The notes under the pieces are model-generated. The model was not told where the DNA came from and searched no databases. It was given only the letters and a program-made list of their open reading frames with translations. A DNA stretch of 64,000 bases from assembly GCA_951406725.2 (NCBI GenBank), contig OX597820.1, positions 29,450,001-29,514,000 on the forward strand. The letters are read 5' to 3'. This DNA is from Octopus vulgaris (taxonomy: Eukaryota). Numbering within the stretch: position 1 is the first letter of the stretch; each line of letters begins with the position of its first letter. The translations under genes and the position numbers were made by a program. This document shows, in pieces, positions 1-11,599 of the stretch.

Positions 1-44
1 AAAATCGAAATTGATTAACATCAATGGAAATTGTAGTTGTGATA

Positions 45-117
45 CCAGTGCCAGTGGCACGTAAGAGAACCATCCGAACGTGGCCATTGCCAGTGCCGCC
101 CCGACTGGCCTCCGTGC
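45..117 (+). mobile_element. Fragment of family C (RTE LINE 3' UTR tandem unit)
   Basis: gtggcacgtaagagaaccatccgaacgtggcc...ccccgactggcctccgt matches units at 12917-13090. Confidence 0.7.
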
Positions 118-1269
118 TGAAATGAGAAAAAAACCAACATTAAACAAGCAAATATACCAACACTTGTTTAATAAAAGAACAATGAAGAGAGTCATACTCT
201 TGTAACAATTAACAACAAAGTAGGGGGTGCATAGATGAGGACAATAATAACCAAAATGCTGGAGGAATGATGGTCTTGGTGATGGCAGTGAGGATGGCGG
301 CAGCAGCAATGGCAAAGAAAAAGGGTGAAAATTGATAATAGTAGTGAAGTTGCTGCTAAAAGTAAAAATTTCTGATGATGCCTGTAACATTGGAGATGAT
401 GATCATGGTGATAATGAAGATGATGATCATGGTACAGACAACAATGACAAAACCACGTTAGCAATATATGTATCAAAATATTTCCAGTTATGCATCTTGT
501 TAGCTAAACTTAATCAACTAGTTTAAATTTCTTCATTGTATTTTTTTTTTAACTAGCACAAGTCTGGCTTTCTCGCTAAATTATTACACTTCACACTTGT
601 TAAGTAGCACCAGAAAAGACTGTACTTTTTTTTTTTTTTTATAGTATAAGTTTGTAGGAGTAATATACTCTATGTGGTCTGTGCTGTCTAGTTATTGGGT
701 ATATTTGAAAATTTGATTTATAATTCTTTGGTGACTGGCTGTTTAAGCCTTCTGTAAAGCTTTGTCCACATGTGGTATAACAGATAAAGTAATTTATTCT
801 CAGATTTGATTCAATCAAACAGCAATCAAACGCGAATACGCAGATGATATCAAACAAGTGGTGTGAAGATGGCTCAGTGGTTAGTGTATTGTTGCATAAA
901 TGTTTAGATCAACTTGTTTAATTCTTTTTCTGAGCATATTTCTAGTGAAACAGCGTTGACCAATTAATTAATGTTGTTCCAATTAATTTAGAAAATAATA
1001 AAGATTTTGGGGAAGATTTAGTAAAATAACTAATTTCCTTTATTAATAAGTTGGTTTTTAGAATCATAAATTAACAAAAATGTTCTAACAATAAATTATG
1101 ATAGATTTTAATTAAAATGTGAGCATGGAAAGATTTATGTCTTTGAGCCAGAGATAGTTTCAGGTGAGTAGTTATCAAAATAGTTAATCTTTTCTATTAT
1201 TAAAAGTGTGTCATACCTTTTGGCTAGAATAGGGATTGATTCAAAAAGAGACAATGGAAGGCTTGATTT

Positions 1270-1535
1270 GAGGGGGCCTTTTGGAATAATCTTTGTTTCA
1301 TAGTTATGGAAGTTTTGCTGTTTTTGTATAGCCCCAGATCAATCTGACTGAACAATCTTTTATCAAGAAGCATCCTGGCTTTGTGTTTTTTTCTTTTTGT
1401 TCTGTTTTGTTTGTTTGTTTTTATGTGAAGTATTAGCTGATGTGCTTTTCTCCTTTTAGAAAATTGTAGAAGCTGTAAGTAGGAGTGAGATTTAGCTGCT
1501 ATTTCTAGCTAGTCTAGCAGCCATGTTAAAGTTCC
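1270..1535. repeat. Old dispersed repeat family E (gatttagctgctatttctagc core); other copies near 19925-20105, 22235-22400, 23735-23940, 32540-32720, 42395-42570, 49515-49710, 63430-63610
   Basis: Shared motif gctatttctagca / tgctagaaatagc plus flanking similarity among copies. Confidence 0.55.
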
Positions 1536-1593
1536 CTTATTGGATGAAATTGCATTTGTGCTGAATCTCAACTAATTTCAACCACAAATGCCA

Positions 1594-1637
<44 letters not shown>

Positions 1638-1779
1638 TTGTCTTATACATGAAAAACAGAAGGGTTGGTGACGAGAAGAGCATCCATTTGTTAAAATCCT
1701 GTTTCAATAGCTCTTTCATTTACACTCCACCCTCCAGAAAAGACAGGTGTTAAATGAACAGATAAACATTATTGATATA

Positions 1780-1995
1780 CGAGGGGGTACTGAAAAGTTC
1801 CTGGCTTTGAATAAAAGAAAATACAGGAGGATCAGTTAATTATGATTCCTTTCAACATATTCCTTACTTAGATTCACACACTTAGGCAGTGGTCCTTCAG
1901 TTCTTTAAATCCTGTAAAAGAACTAAGAAGGTTGGGTGTCTAGTCATGCTTTTCGCAATACCCTTAAAGCCAGGAACTTTTCTGCACCACCCCCA
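1780..1995. mobile_element. Mariner-type MITE (partial second copy about 34349-34532)
   Basis: TA|cgagggggtactgaaaagttcctggcttt ... aaagccaggaacttttctgcacc inverted termini. Confidence 0.7.
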
Positions 1996-2121
1996 CCCTG
2001 TAGATATGTTTGTGTGTACTTTTGTCTTGACATCATGGGATAGTTGTAAAATGAGCATCATCATCATCATACAAGTAATGTTGTTCATTTCCAGGCTTCT
2101 GTGAAAGATATGTCTGTCCAT

Positions 2122-2504
2122 CTAATACAGAGAGATTAACAGGGTAATACCGTTAGTAGGATAGTGAAGTGAGTGCTATGCTAAGAGAAGAAGAGCTAAG
2201 TTAGGAGGAATGAAGGACAGGAGGAATGAACAGGTAGACGGAATTGATACTTGAGACATTAGCAATTAGCGATGGGGGAACCAAAAGCTAAGAACGAAAG
2301 ATGACAGAATTAAACAATGAAGAGAAAAAATACTACAGAAAATGTAGAAAAATGACAAAATGTAAAAAAATTTTTTAATTCCTCCCAACTTTGCTTTACT
2401 TCTCTTAGCATAGCACCCCCACCACCACCATACTACTAATGGTGTTACCTTGTGATCTCTCTGTACTAGACTTCAACTACGTTGCCTGAGAGACACCAAT
2501 AGCT
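2122..2504. mobile_element. Insertion with ~90-bp inverted arms and 13-bp TSD (retroelement with inverted end, or MITE)
   Basis: Arms about 2121-2211 and 2378-2470; flanking direct repeat tatgtctgt(c/t)cat at 2109-2121 and 2505-2517. Confidence 0.65.
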
Positions 2505-2719
2505 TATGTCTGTTCATGGCGAAATATTAGCTTGTTTGGAAACAGGTGAGGGTTAGCAAGACGAAAGCCATCGGGTCACACAAAATGTGCCTTAACAAAT
2601 TCCATCTGACCCTTTCAAGCTGGGAAAAGCAAACATTAAATGATAATGATTATGTATGCATATATGTATGGTGGGGGGGGGGGCATATATGTGTCTGTGT
2701 ATGTATGTTTGTCTCTATG

Positions 2720-2773
<54 letters not shown>

Positions 2774-2778
2774 AACAC

Positions 2779-2962
2779 GTGGCACGTAAAAAGCACCCAC
2801 TACACTCACGGAGTGGTTGGCGTTAGGAAGGGCATCCAGCCGTAGAAACATTGCCAGATCAGACTGGGCCTGGTGCAGCCTTCTGACCTCCCAGACCCCA
2901 GTTGAACCGTCCAACCCATGCTAGCATGGAAAGCGGACGCTAAATGATGATGATGATGATGA
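2779..2962 (+). mobile_element. Family C: 5'-truncated RTE LINE 3' end with (GAT)n tail
   Basis: gtggcacgtaaaaagcacccactacactc...aggaagggcatccagccgtagaaac...gcatggaaagcggacgctaaatgatgatg; near identical to 13074-13250. Confidence 0.8.
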
Positions 2963-3964
2963 TAGTTTACTGTTTTAAGGTAGGATCAATATAAAAAGTA
3001 TTCCATCCAGCAAGATATATATATATATAATGTTCTTCATGGAGAACAGATGTCTCAGACATTTTCACTTCATAATGGAATGCATCTCCTTCAAACTCCT
3101 CAGAAACACTTTCAACTTAACAGTGCCAGAACATGAAGTGTGTCATAGCAAGGAGAAGTTGCTTAAAAATGTACATTATCATCATCATAAACATCAATAA
3201 GATCACTGCTTCTGATGAAAGATTTTTGACAAACCAATTTATAAATTTATTTATCTTTTTATATATTTATTAACAAATTATCTAATTAATTGAAGCGAAA
3301 TACTACTAGTGTGTGCATTTTAATTGGCAGCTTGTTTAGTGGGGTTTTTTGGGGGGAGGAGCGAGGTTTCAGAAAATTATTGTGTCTTGTTTTTAATTTA
3401 CAAGTAAAAGCTTCAAAACCTATTTTGCAAAGCAATTGGGAAGAATGTAAAGGTGCATGGCCTTGTAGTTAGGGTGCTGGGCTCATAATCACAAGGTTGT
3501 ATGTTCACTTCTTGGGCAGGGCATTCAGGTGTATCCTTGGACATGGTACATTGTTTCATGTTTCCTCAGTCTACGCAGCTGTAAATGTGTACCAGTCTAA
3601 TTTTAGTGCAGCCTCTCTCTCTCTCTCTCTCTCTCTCTCTTCAGTTGTCGCATTTTCAATGTTGTATTGGATCATAGGTGGCAAAGCTAAGAGGGAACCT
3701 GTGTCTAATTGTGACTACACAAATACCTAAAACAATGAGTGAAAGCATGGTACAAGTTACCAGATCATACTTGCTTACAGGTGATGGTTAAGCTATGCAG
3801 CATGGGTGCAAGCATGGCTATGTGATTAAGACGTTTGCTTTGCAACCACAGGGTCTCCTGTTCAATCTCTCTGCACAGCGCCTTGGCCAAATGTCACTAC
3901 CATAACCTCAGATCACTTAAGACCATGTGAAATTTAGTGTACAGAAACCGTATGGAGGCCCATC

Positions 3965-4230
3965 AGAGGAACCATCTGAGAGTTCACAGCTCTGGTACCA
4001 CAGACATGTGATGAGAATGTCACAGAAGAGAATTGCAAGATGAATTCTTCAAACTGAGCCAACTGGCAGATTTAGAAGTAGACCATGAACAAGATTGGTC
4101 ATGCTCGGGGATCCATCTGGTATCTGTCATGGCTGTTACTTTTGAGAGGACCTATGGACCAGGTGCTTAAGTACTCTGTACCCTCAACCCTCCCAGGAAT
4201 TATGAGTGGAAAAGAGGGATAGATGACTGG
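3965..4230 (+). mobile_element. Degenerate RTE-clade LINE ORF C-terminal fragment
   Basis: Translates SQLWYHRHVMRMSQKRIAR*ILQTEPTGRFRSRP, like the RTE motif LRWFGHVxRM...GRP. Confidence 0.6.
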
Positions 4231-4402
4231 ACACCACAAGCTAGCCTATAAGTTTCATTAGTAGCATTCCTTTCTTGCAGTCTTCAGAACAGCTCTGTGT
4301 CTTGAGAATAACTTCCTTTTCTCTGTTATAGTGTCCCTAGAAACAGTTACGGATGATGCACTGGATCTACTGGGAGTCTGTATCTACTTGTGATTACACT
4401 GG

Positions 4403-4895
4403 CATCATCATCATCATCAACGTTTAACATCCGCTTTCCATGCTGGCATGGGTTGGATGGTCTGACTGAGGACTGGTGAGCCAGATGGCTGCACCAGGCT
4501 CCAATCTGATCTGGCAGAGTTTCTACAGCTGGATGCCCTTCCTAATGCCAACCACTCCAAGAGTGTAGTGGGTGCTTTTACGTGCCACTGGCATGAGGGC
4601 CAGTCAGGCAGTACTGGCAATGGCCACGCTCAAATGGTGTTTTTTAGATGCCACCTGCACAGGAGCCAGTCCAGCGGCACTGGCAATGACCTCACTCAAA
4701 TGTTGTTTTTCATGTGCCACCAGCACAAGTGCTAGTAAGGCAACGCTGGTAATGATCATGCTCGAATGGTGCTTTTTATGTGCCACTGGCACAGGAGCCA
4801 GTCTGCAGCCCTGGTAACGATCACGCCGGATGGTGCTCTTAATGTTCTACTAGCACGGATGCCAGTCAGGCGGTGCTGTCATCGGCCACGTCAGT
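4403..4895 (-). mobile_element. Family C RTE 3' end with about five ~58-bp internal tandem units
   Basis: (CAT)n tail at 4403, reverse complement of family C core, repeated tgccactggcac...tggtgctttt units 4570-4890. Confidence 0.8.
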
Positions 4896-5732
4896 AAATT
4901 AGCGAAAGCATGGTACAAGTTACCAGGTCATGCTTGCGTACAAGTGATGGCTAGGCTATGAAGCATGGTCTTCTGTTCAATTCCTCTGCACAGCACCTTG
5001 AACAAGTGTCTTTACCATAACTTGACCATAACTTCAGGTTGATTAAGACCATGTAAATTAGCTATTTTAAAAAAATTGAAAAGACTATTTTCTAAGAATA
5101 TTTTGACCAAGTGTATGTTTTTTTGTTTGTTTTTTTTTTGCCTAACTTCAAGTATTTTGCACGAATTTAATAAATGACACACGTATAGATATGGATTATG
5201 TAAGGTAAACTAATGTAAGTATTGTGGGAATGTAAAAATATTAATTATTGATTTATTTGAACAGCAGATCTTAAATATTTATACAATATATTAAAATTTT
5301 TAATGAGAAATTTTATTAAATATTCAATTTTACTTTTCGCTAGGAAAGAAGGTAGCTGATATTCTTTTTATAATATTTACTTTCCTTTCAAAAAACAGAA
5401 AGAGACTTCAATGTGAAGCAATGAAACTAACTAGGAACTGACAAATAGTCTAAGAATTTATGGATAACCGTAGCCACAGCAGGTCCTTTCATGCAAAAAT
5501 CATTTCATATACTGGCTGTGAGATAATAGTGTTGTGGTATTGATCATTTACACATATATACAAACACACATACATACACCTATATTAGTATTTTGCTTAG
5601 GCCTTGTGAGACTAATAGCCTGTTGTAGAACTCAATACATGTATGCTTCAGAACAAAGTGTTAGATGAGTATTGAGCAAGTAATAAGAAAATGAGATGAC
5701 AAGAAATATATGATTATTTTATTAACTTCATT

Positions 5733-5813
5733 AGCTTAAAGCTGTTTCTGCTATGGGATGCAGTGGGGTCATAGATGGGTGCCTGAATAACACTTTATAG
5801 CTTCATCAGAGCC
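5733..5813 (-). ncRNA. Degenerate hammerhead-ribozyme-like motif with SECIS-like stem II (Penelope-like element relic)
   Basis: Minus strand: ggct CTGATGA a gctat...atagc a GAAAC agct tta agct. Confidence 0.45.
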
Positions 5814-5869
5814 TTAAATATGAAGTGCAATTTATTTAGGAAAAAAAATTACATTAGCTATAAGCACCC

Positions 5870-6008
5870 CTGTATCAGAGCGAACAGGAGCATCACCCAC
5901 CTGGTTTTCATTCTCAGAGAGCAGAACAAAGGGTTTTACATCACTACATCACCTTTGTTAACCTCAACAAAACATTTGACACAGAACAGAAAAGGTCTTT
6001 GGCATATA
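5870..6008 (+). mobile_element. RTE-like reverse transcriptase fragment
   Basis: Frameshifted LVFILREQNKG...FVNLNKTFDT..NRKGLWHI resembles RT motif FVDLxKAFDTVNRxGLW. Confidence 0.55.
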
Positions 6009-6872
6009 CAGGGTGTGAGGAATAAACTGTCATCTAAATTACACAGAAATGAAAATAACACTAACATCTCATTTTAACAGATATATCTACCAAAATTACA
6101 TAAAAATATCTTGAAATACTAAAGAGTAAATTTATTCAATACAATCGCCATTGGCTTCAACCATGGCCAACGGACAACTTTGGAATCTCCTGCAACTCTT
6201 CTGGATGGTCTTTTTGTATAAGTTGGTGAATGCTGCCATAAGCCTTGCTTTCAGTTCATCTTTGATGTTACAAGGAGTTTTGTTGGTCTCTTGCTCAACT
6301 GTGCCCCACACATAATATAATCAAGAAGGTTGCAGTCTGGGGAGTTAGGTGGCCAGATGTTAGGGGTGATGTGGTCACAGAAATTATCCGACAGCCATAA
6401 CTAGGTTCTCCTGCTTCTGTGACATGGTGCAGAGTCCTGTTGCCAGACTTTAGGGCCTTCCAGCAGCCACCCTCTTGACCCAGGGCAGCTCCTCCCAGGC
6501 ACTTGATGTAGGCCTCCATGTTGAGTCTGAGACTGTGTGGGATGAAGGGAGGCATAACGTCACCATCACTAGTGATCACTCCAAACACCATGATATTGAT
6601 AGGATGTTTGATTTTTATCACTCTGGGTACATATCCTCATATTGACTCCCAAACACTCTGAAATGTTCGTATTGGAGCTTCCAGCGTGAATGCCAAGCAA
6701 TACAGCATGTCGTTTCCAAACTTCTGGCAGAGTGAATTGCATCATAATGCTGTTTTTCTCCCAGACAGTACCCATCTAACCCTACTATACTGTGTCGTCG
6801 ACAAAATCAAAAACAATCCACATGCTCGAAATTAAAAGCATAAAATGGCAACAATTTACCAATTGCACCCTG
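6009..6872 (-). mobile_element. Internally deleted Tc1/mariner-superfamily transposon (third catalytic residue D, DD37D/maT-like)
   Basis: TA|cagggtg...caccctg termini; minus strand encodes VFGVITSDGDVMPPF and WPPNSPDCNLLDY. Confidence 0.8.
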
Positions 6873-6898
6873 TGTGTGTGTGTGTGTATATATATATT

Positions 6899-7363
6899 CT
6901 TTTATATGTTTCAGTCATTTGACTGCAGCCACACTGGAGCACCTGTCTTAAAGGGTTTTAGTTGAAGAAATCGATTCCAGGACTTATTCTTTGTAAGCCT
7001 AGTTCTTATTCTATCAGTCCCTTTTGCCGAATTACTAAGTTACAGGGACATAAACACACCAGCATTGGTTGTCAAATGATGACGAGAGAACAAACACACA
7101 TACGCACACATAAAAATATATATCATGACTGCCACTTTCGGCCATTTACAGACACCATCAGTATGTATGTATATATTTATTTTCCTTTTTGATGACGCAT
7201 TTGAAACAGCTGCCTAATTTACATATATATATATATACATATTTACACACACACACTCAATGGGCTATAGTAGAAGACACTGGCCCAAGGTGCTATGCAG
7301 TGAGACTCAACCTAAAAGTATATGATTGGGAATCAGGTTTCTTACCACACACCCACGCCTGCA
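6899..7363 (-). mobile_element. SINE-A copy (degenerate)
   Basis: tgtttcagtcatttgactgcagcc ... cttaccacacaccc, reverse complement of 7712-8122. Confidence 0.75.
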
Positions 7364-7557
7364 CTTAAATGTATATATGTATCATCATCATCTAATGTCC
7401 ATGTTCCATGCTGACATGGCTGGGATGGTTTGATGAGATCCAGTGGATCCCAGGACTACATTGTGTGTGTGTGTGCGTGTGTGTAACATATTTACTAGAT
7501 TCATAAACAGTGCAAATTTAGCCATTTGTCTGCAGACTGAAAAAGTGATGGACCACC

Positions 7558-8180
7558 TTAATCCTTTAGCATTCACATTATTCTGTCAAAAGTAATGCTT
7601 ATTTATTCACATTGTTTTGAATTAGTTCTGCAATATCTTGGAGCTGTGAGATTTAGAATGACATTTTAGGGTTGGTTTGAGAGGCCAGATCTGGCAAGTT
7701 TGAACATAAATAGGCGCAGGAGTGGCTGTGTGGTAAGTAGCTTGCTTACCAACCACATGGTTCCGGGTTCAGTCCCACTGTGTGGCACCTTGGGAAAGTG
7801 TCTTCTTCTTTAGCCTCGGGCCAACCAACGCCTTGTGAGTGGATTTGGTAGACGGAAACTGAAAGAAGCCTGTCGTATATGTATATATATGTGTGTGTTT
7901 GTGTGTATATGTTTGTGTGTCTGTGTTTGTCCCCCCCAACATCGCTTGACAACCGATGCTGGTAGATTTACGTCACCGTTACTTAGCGGTTCGGCAAAAG
8001 AGACCGATAGAATAAGTACTAGGCTTACAAAGAATAAGTCCTGGGGTCGATTTGCTCGACTAAAAGGTGGTGCTCCAGTATGGCCGCAGTCAAATGACTG
8101 AAACAAGTAAAAGAGTAAAGAGAATAAAACATGTAGAATATTTTGACTGGGTTTGGCCAGTTTAAATGGTAAAGATTTTA
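7558..8180. mobile_element. piggyBac-like (TTAA) MITE interrupted by SINE-A
   Basis: ttaatcctttagcattc ... tttaaatggtaaagatttta; body matches 26165-26728. Confidence 0.55.
7712..8122 (+). mobile_element. SINE-A, full length tRNA-derived SINE with CORE-like block and internal (TA/TG)n
   Basis: Pol III A box tggctgtgtggt, B box ggttcagtcc, accttgggaaagtgtct core, aagtaaaagag tail; probable ataaa TSD. Confidence 0.9.
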
Positions 8181-8720
8181 TGAATCTTTTAAAGATCTTA
8201 TTGGTTTCTCATCAGAAGTGTCTACATTAATTTGACCAATCCCAAACAAACAAGCAGCCTAACTGTTTAAATACTCAACAATTTCAGTAGCTACAGGAGA
8301 CTGGGGATATTAATTTGCATACCATATAGGGTTCGTGAACAGGGATCTCAGTCCACACTCTATCAAGGCATGGCATAATATATGTAACCTACACTCATAA
8401 CCACATATTCAAACCTTTGCAATGCCTTTTTTTTTTTTTGTTCTTTTATTCCCTTTGTTTTTGTCAGTTCATTTGGTCTAGAAACATCCCTTTTACATGT
8501 TCCAGCTTTTCTTGCTGAAAATATTTTTTCCCTGCCATGGTTTCAACAGAAACTATGCCAACTGAACTTGTATGGAAAAGGAAATGTTCAAAAAGAAACG
8601 GAAAAAGTAATTGTCTGTGTCTGTGTCTGTATATATGAATGTATACGTGTGTGTGTGTCTGTATATTTCTGTACTCGTGTATATTTTTACTTGTGCTTTT
8701 CCCTCCCTTATTGTCACTTA

Positions 8721-8766
<46 letters not shown>

Positions 8767-9659
8767 CATATATATATATATTTTTTTTTTTATATATTTC
8801 TGATTATGGATTTTTATATATGTTTGTGGATTTGTGTGTGTAGATATATTTGTATATGTGTGTGTGTGTGTGTGTGTGTAGTCAGAAAGATAATACTACA
8901 GTCGTGCAAATTAAAAAGATAAACGAATAAATAAACAAATAAAAAAAAGCATTATTTCCAATGGTTGCCTCTGTTAATTCATGGTGCCTTGATCACCAGG
9001 GGGAGAAAGAAAAAGTCAGGAAGACAAATTTGTTATCCTTACCTAATAAACAAGAAGCAAAAAGTTAAAAATAGATTTTTAAAAAAAGCTAAAAACAAAA
9101 GTATTCGCTAATTGCATTTTACTTTGCTTCTACCACTTGATATACAATTATACCCCACTAGTCATGGTAATCGTGAAGCTACTCATTTAAACATCTTTTA
9201 TCCGAAATTCTTTCTTAAATTTTATCAATAATTTATGTGATTGGCTGTCTTTTCTGTTATTATGTTCTTATTTGTCTTCTAAACTGCTATCTTTCTATTT
9301 TGTTCCGTTCCATTCTGTCTGTCTTTCTGCTCTGTTCTGCTCTTATCTGTCTGTGTAGCAATCACTCATTTTGGTAGTTAGCAGACAGAACAGTAGACCG
9401 AGGAGTTCTTGAAGTATTTATTTATGTCCCTTTTTATATATATATATATGCTCAGTCGCAAAAATCTCACTCAGTTTCGCTGCTGTCTATCTGTGTGTGT
9501 CAGTGTTTCCCAAGGTGGAGGGGTGCACATTTTTGTTTAGTGTAAGTTATTTCACAATGGAGCATAAGTAAATAAACAAGTGCATAAAACTTGCAATAAA
9601 GTTTTAATTAAAAACACCTTTTGAATATATATATATATATATATATATACATCTCAATG

Positions 9660-9878
9660 ACTGGGTGCTCACGTGTAAAAAGCACTGGGGCTAGTGCTGC
9701 ATAGAATGCTCTCACTACACTCTGTAAAGTGATTGGCTTTAGAAAGGGCATTTAGTTGTAGAAACCATGCCTGAACAGACAATGCAGCCTGATGCAGTTG
9801 AAAACCTTACTAGCTCCTGTCAAACCGTCCAACCCATGCAAGCATGGAAAACAGACATTAAATGATGGTGATGATGAT
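9660..9878 (+). mobile_element. Family C RTE 3' end (diverged)
   Basis: agaaagggcatttagttgtagaaacc...ccaacccatgcaagcatggaaaacagacattaaatgatgg. Confidence 0.7.
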
Positions 9879-9892
9879 ATACATATATATAT

Positions 9893-10170
9893 ACCCTTGT
9901 GGGCAATAAAGAAATAAGAAACTGAAAGAAGCCTGTTATATATGTGTGTGTGTGTGTGTGTGTCCGTCCGCCCACCACTTGACAACCTGTGCTGGTGAAT
10001 TTACATCCCCGTAGGTTAGCAGTTTAGTAAAAGAAACTGATAGAATAAGTACCAGGCTTCAAACAAATTTAGTACCGGGATCAATTCATTTGACTAAAAC
10101 TTTTCAAGGGTGTACCCCAGGATGGCTGCGTATCTGCAGTCTAATGAATGAAACAAGAAAAAGATAAAGA
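9893..10170 (+). mobile_element. Chimeric SINE: SINE-B tail fused to SINE-A 3' half
   Basis: cccttgtgggcaataaagaaataa joined via gaaa to gaaactgaaagaagcc. Confidence 0.6.
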
Positions 10171-10211
10171 TAGCATATATGTATAACTGCTAGCTCCAAA
10201 AGATTTTTTAT

Positions 10212-10365
10212 TCTCTCTCTGTTTATTTCCTCGTGTTCCTTTCTGTTGAAGAGTTCAGGCTCGAAATGTAAAAGATTTTCTCACCTTTCCGAGCTTTAAA
10301 CTAATACACCTGTTTGTTGTTTATACACCTGTCTTCGTCTTTTGTTTTTCTGTCAATTTCAACTA
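10212..10365 (+). mobile_element. Penelope-like pseudo-LTR relic with minimal hammerhead-like motif
   Basis: cttt CTGTTGA a gagt tcag gctc GAAAT gta aaag, then T-rich tail ending in (TA)n. Confidence 0.5.
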
Positions 10366-10387
10366 TATATATGTGCATGAATATAAG

Positions 10388-10744
10388 CAGTGTGTGGTGA
10401 ATAAACTGTCATCTAAATTACACAAAAATGAGAATAAAACTGACATTTCATTTTAACACATATTTGCATAAAAATATTTGCACTAAATTACATAAAAATA
10501 TCTTGAAATATTAAAGAGTAAATTTATTCAATAAAATTGCCATTGGCTTCAACCATGGCCTCCAGATAACTTCAAAATCTCCTGCAACTCTTCTTGATGG
10601 TCACCTTGTATGAGTTGGTGAATGCTGCCATAAGCCTTACCTTCAGTTCATTGTTGGTATTATAAGGAGTTTTGTTGGTCTCTCGCTCAACTATACCCCA
10701 CACATCATAATCAAGGAGTTTGCAGTCTGGGGTGTTAGGTGCCA
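10388..10744 (-). mobile_element. Second, truncated copy of the 6009-6872 Tc1/mariner element
   Basis: High similarity to 6009-6360; ORF PNTPDCKLLDYDVWGIVERETNKTP. Confidence 0.8.
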
Positions 10745-11055
10745 TGGACCTTCTTTTAAGGACTGTAATCTTTACAAACAATTTAGCATATTTATTTGTT
10801 TCTTCAACAAATTCTTGAATTAGTGACACTGAGGAATACTGAAAATAAACCATAGTCTTTCCTGTGACTGTATTCTGTGGCCCAGGTGTTTCCATTTAGG
10901 ATAAGAACCACTGTTATTATCAAAATCTCTTTCAGTCACTTTATACCACATAATCATTATCACGATTTTAGTGTCCACTTTTCCACATTTTCATGGGTCA
11001 GATAGAATTCATTGATGCAAACTTTCTACAGTCAACGCCCTTCCTGTTGCCAATA

Positions 11056-11418
11056 CTCTTTTACTTGTTTCAGTCATTTGACTGTGGCCATGCTGGAGCA
11101 CCGCCTTTAGTCGAGCAGATCAACCACGGAACTTATTCTTTGTAAGCCTACTACTTATTCTATCGGTCTCTTTTGCCGAACCGCTAAGTTATTGGGACAT
11201 AAACACACCAGCATCGGTTGTCAAGCGATGTTGGGGGCACAAACACTTACACACATATATATACATATACATATATACGACAGGCTTCTTTCAGTTTCCG
11301 TCTACCAAATCCACTCACAAGGCTTTGGTCGACCCAAGGCTATAGTAAAAAACACTTGCCCAAGGTGCCACGCCGTGGGACTGAACCAAGCTTCTTATCA
11401 CACAGCCATTCCTGCACC
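11056..11418 (-). mobile_element. SINE-A copy
   Basis: Reverse complement of 7712-8122. Confidence 0.9.
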
Positions 11419-11599
11419 AATATTCATCTATTTCTAATAAACAAGGTAATATTTTGCCCATGACCAGATATGTTTTTGCAGAATATTGGAAATGATTGGC
11501 ACTGCTTGTATGACTGACCATGATTTGCAGCTATCATGTAATGTGAGGGCAAGGAGACACCAGCACACACACTACATATATACACAATACATACATAAA

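Noticed and set aside
7712-7790. tRNA-like A/B boxes at SINE heads
   Set aside because: No full cloverleaf; they continue into SINE bodies.
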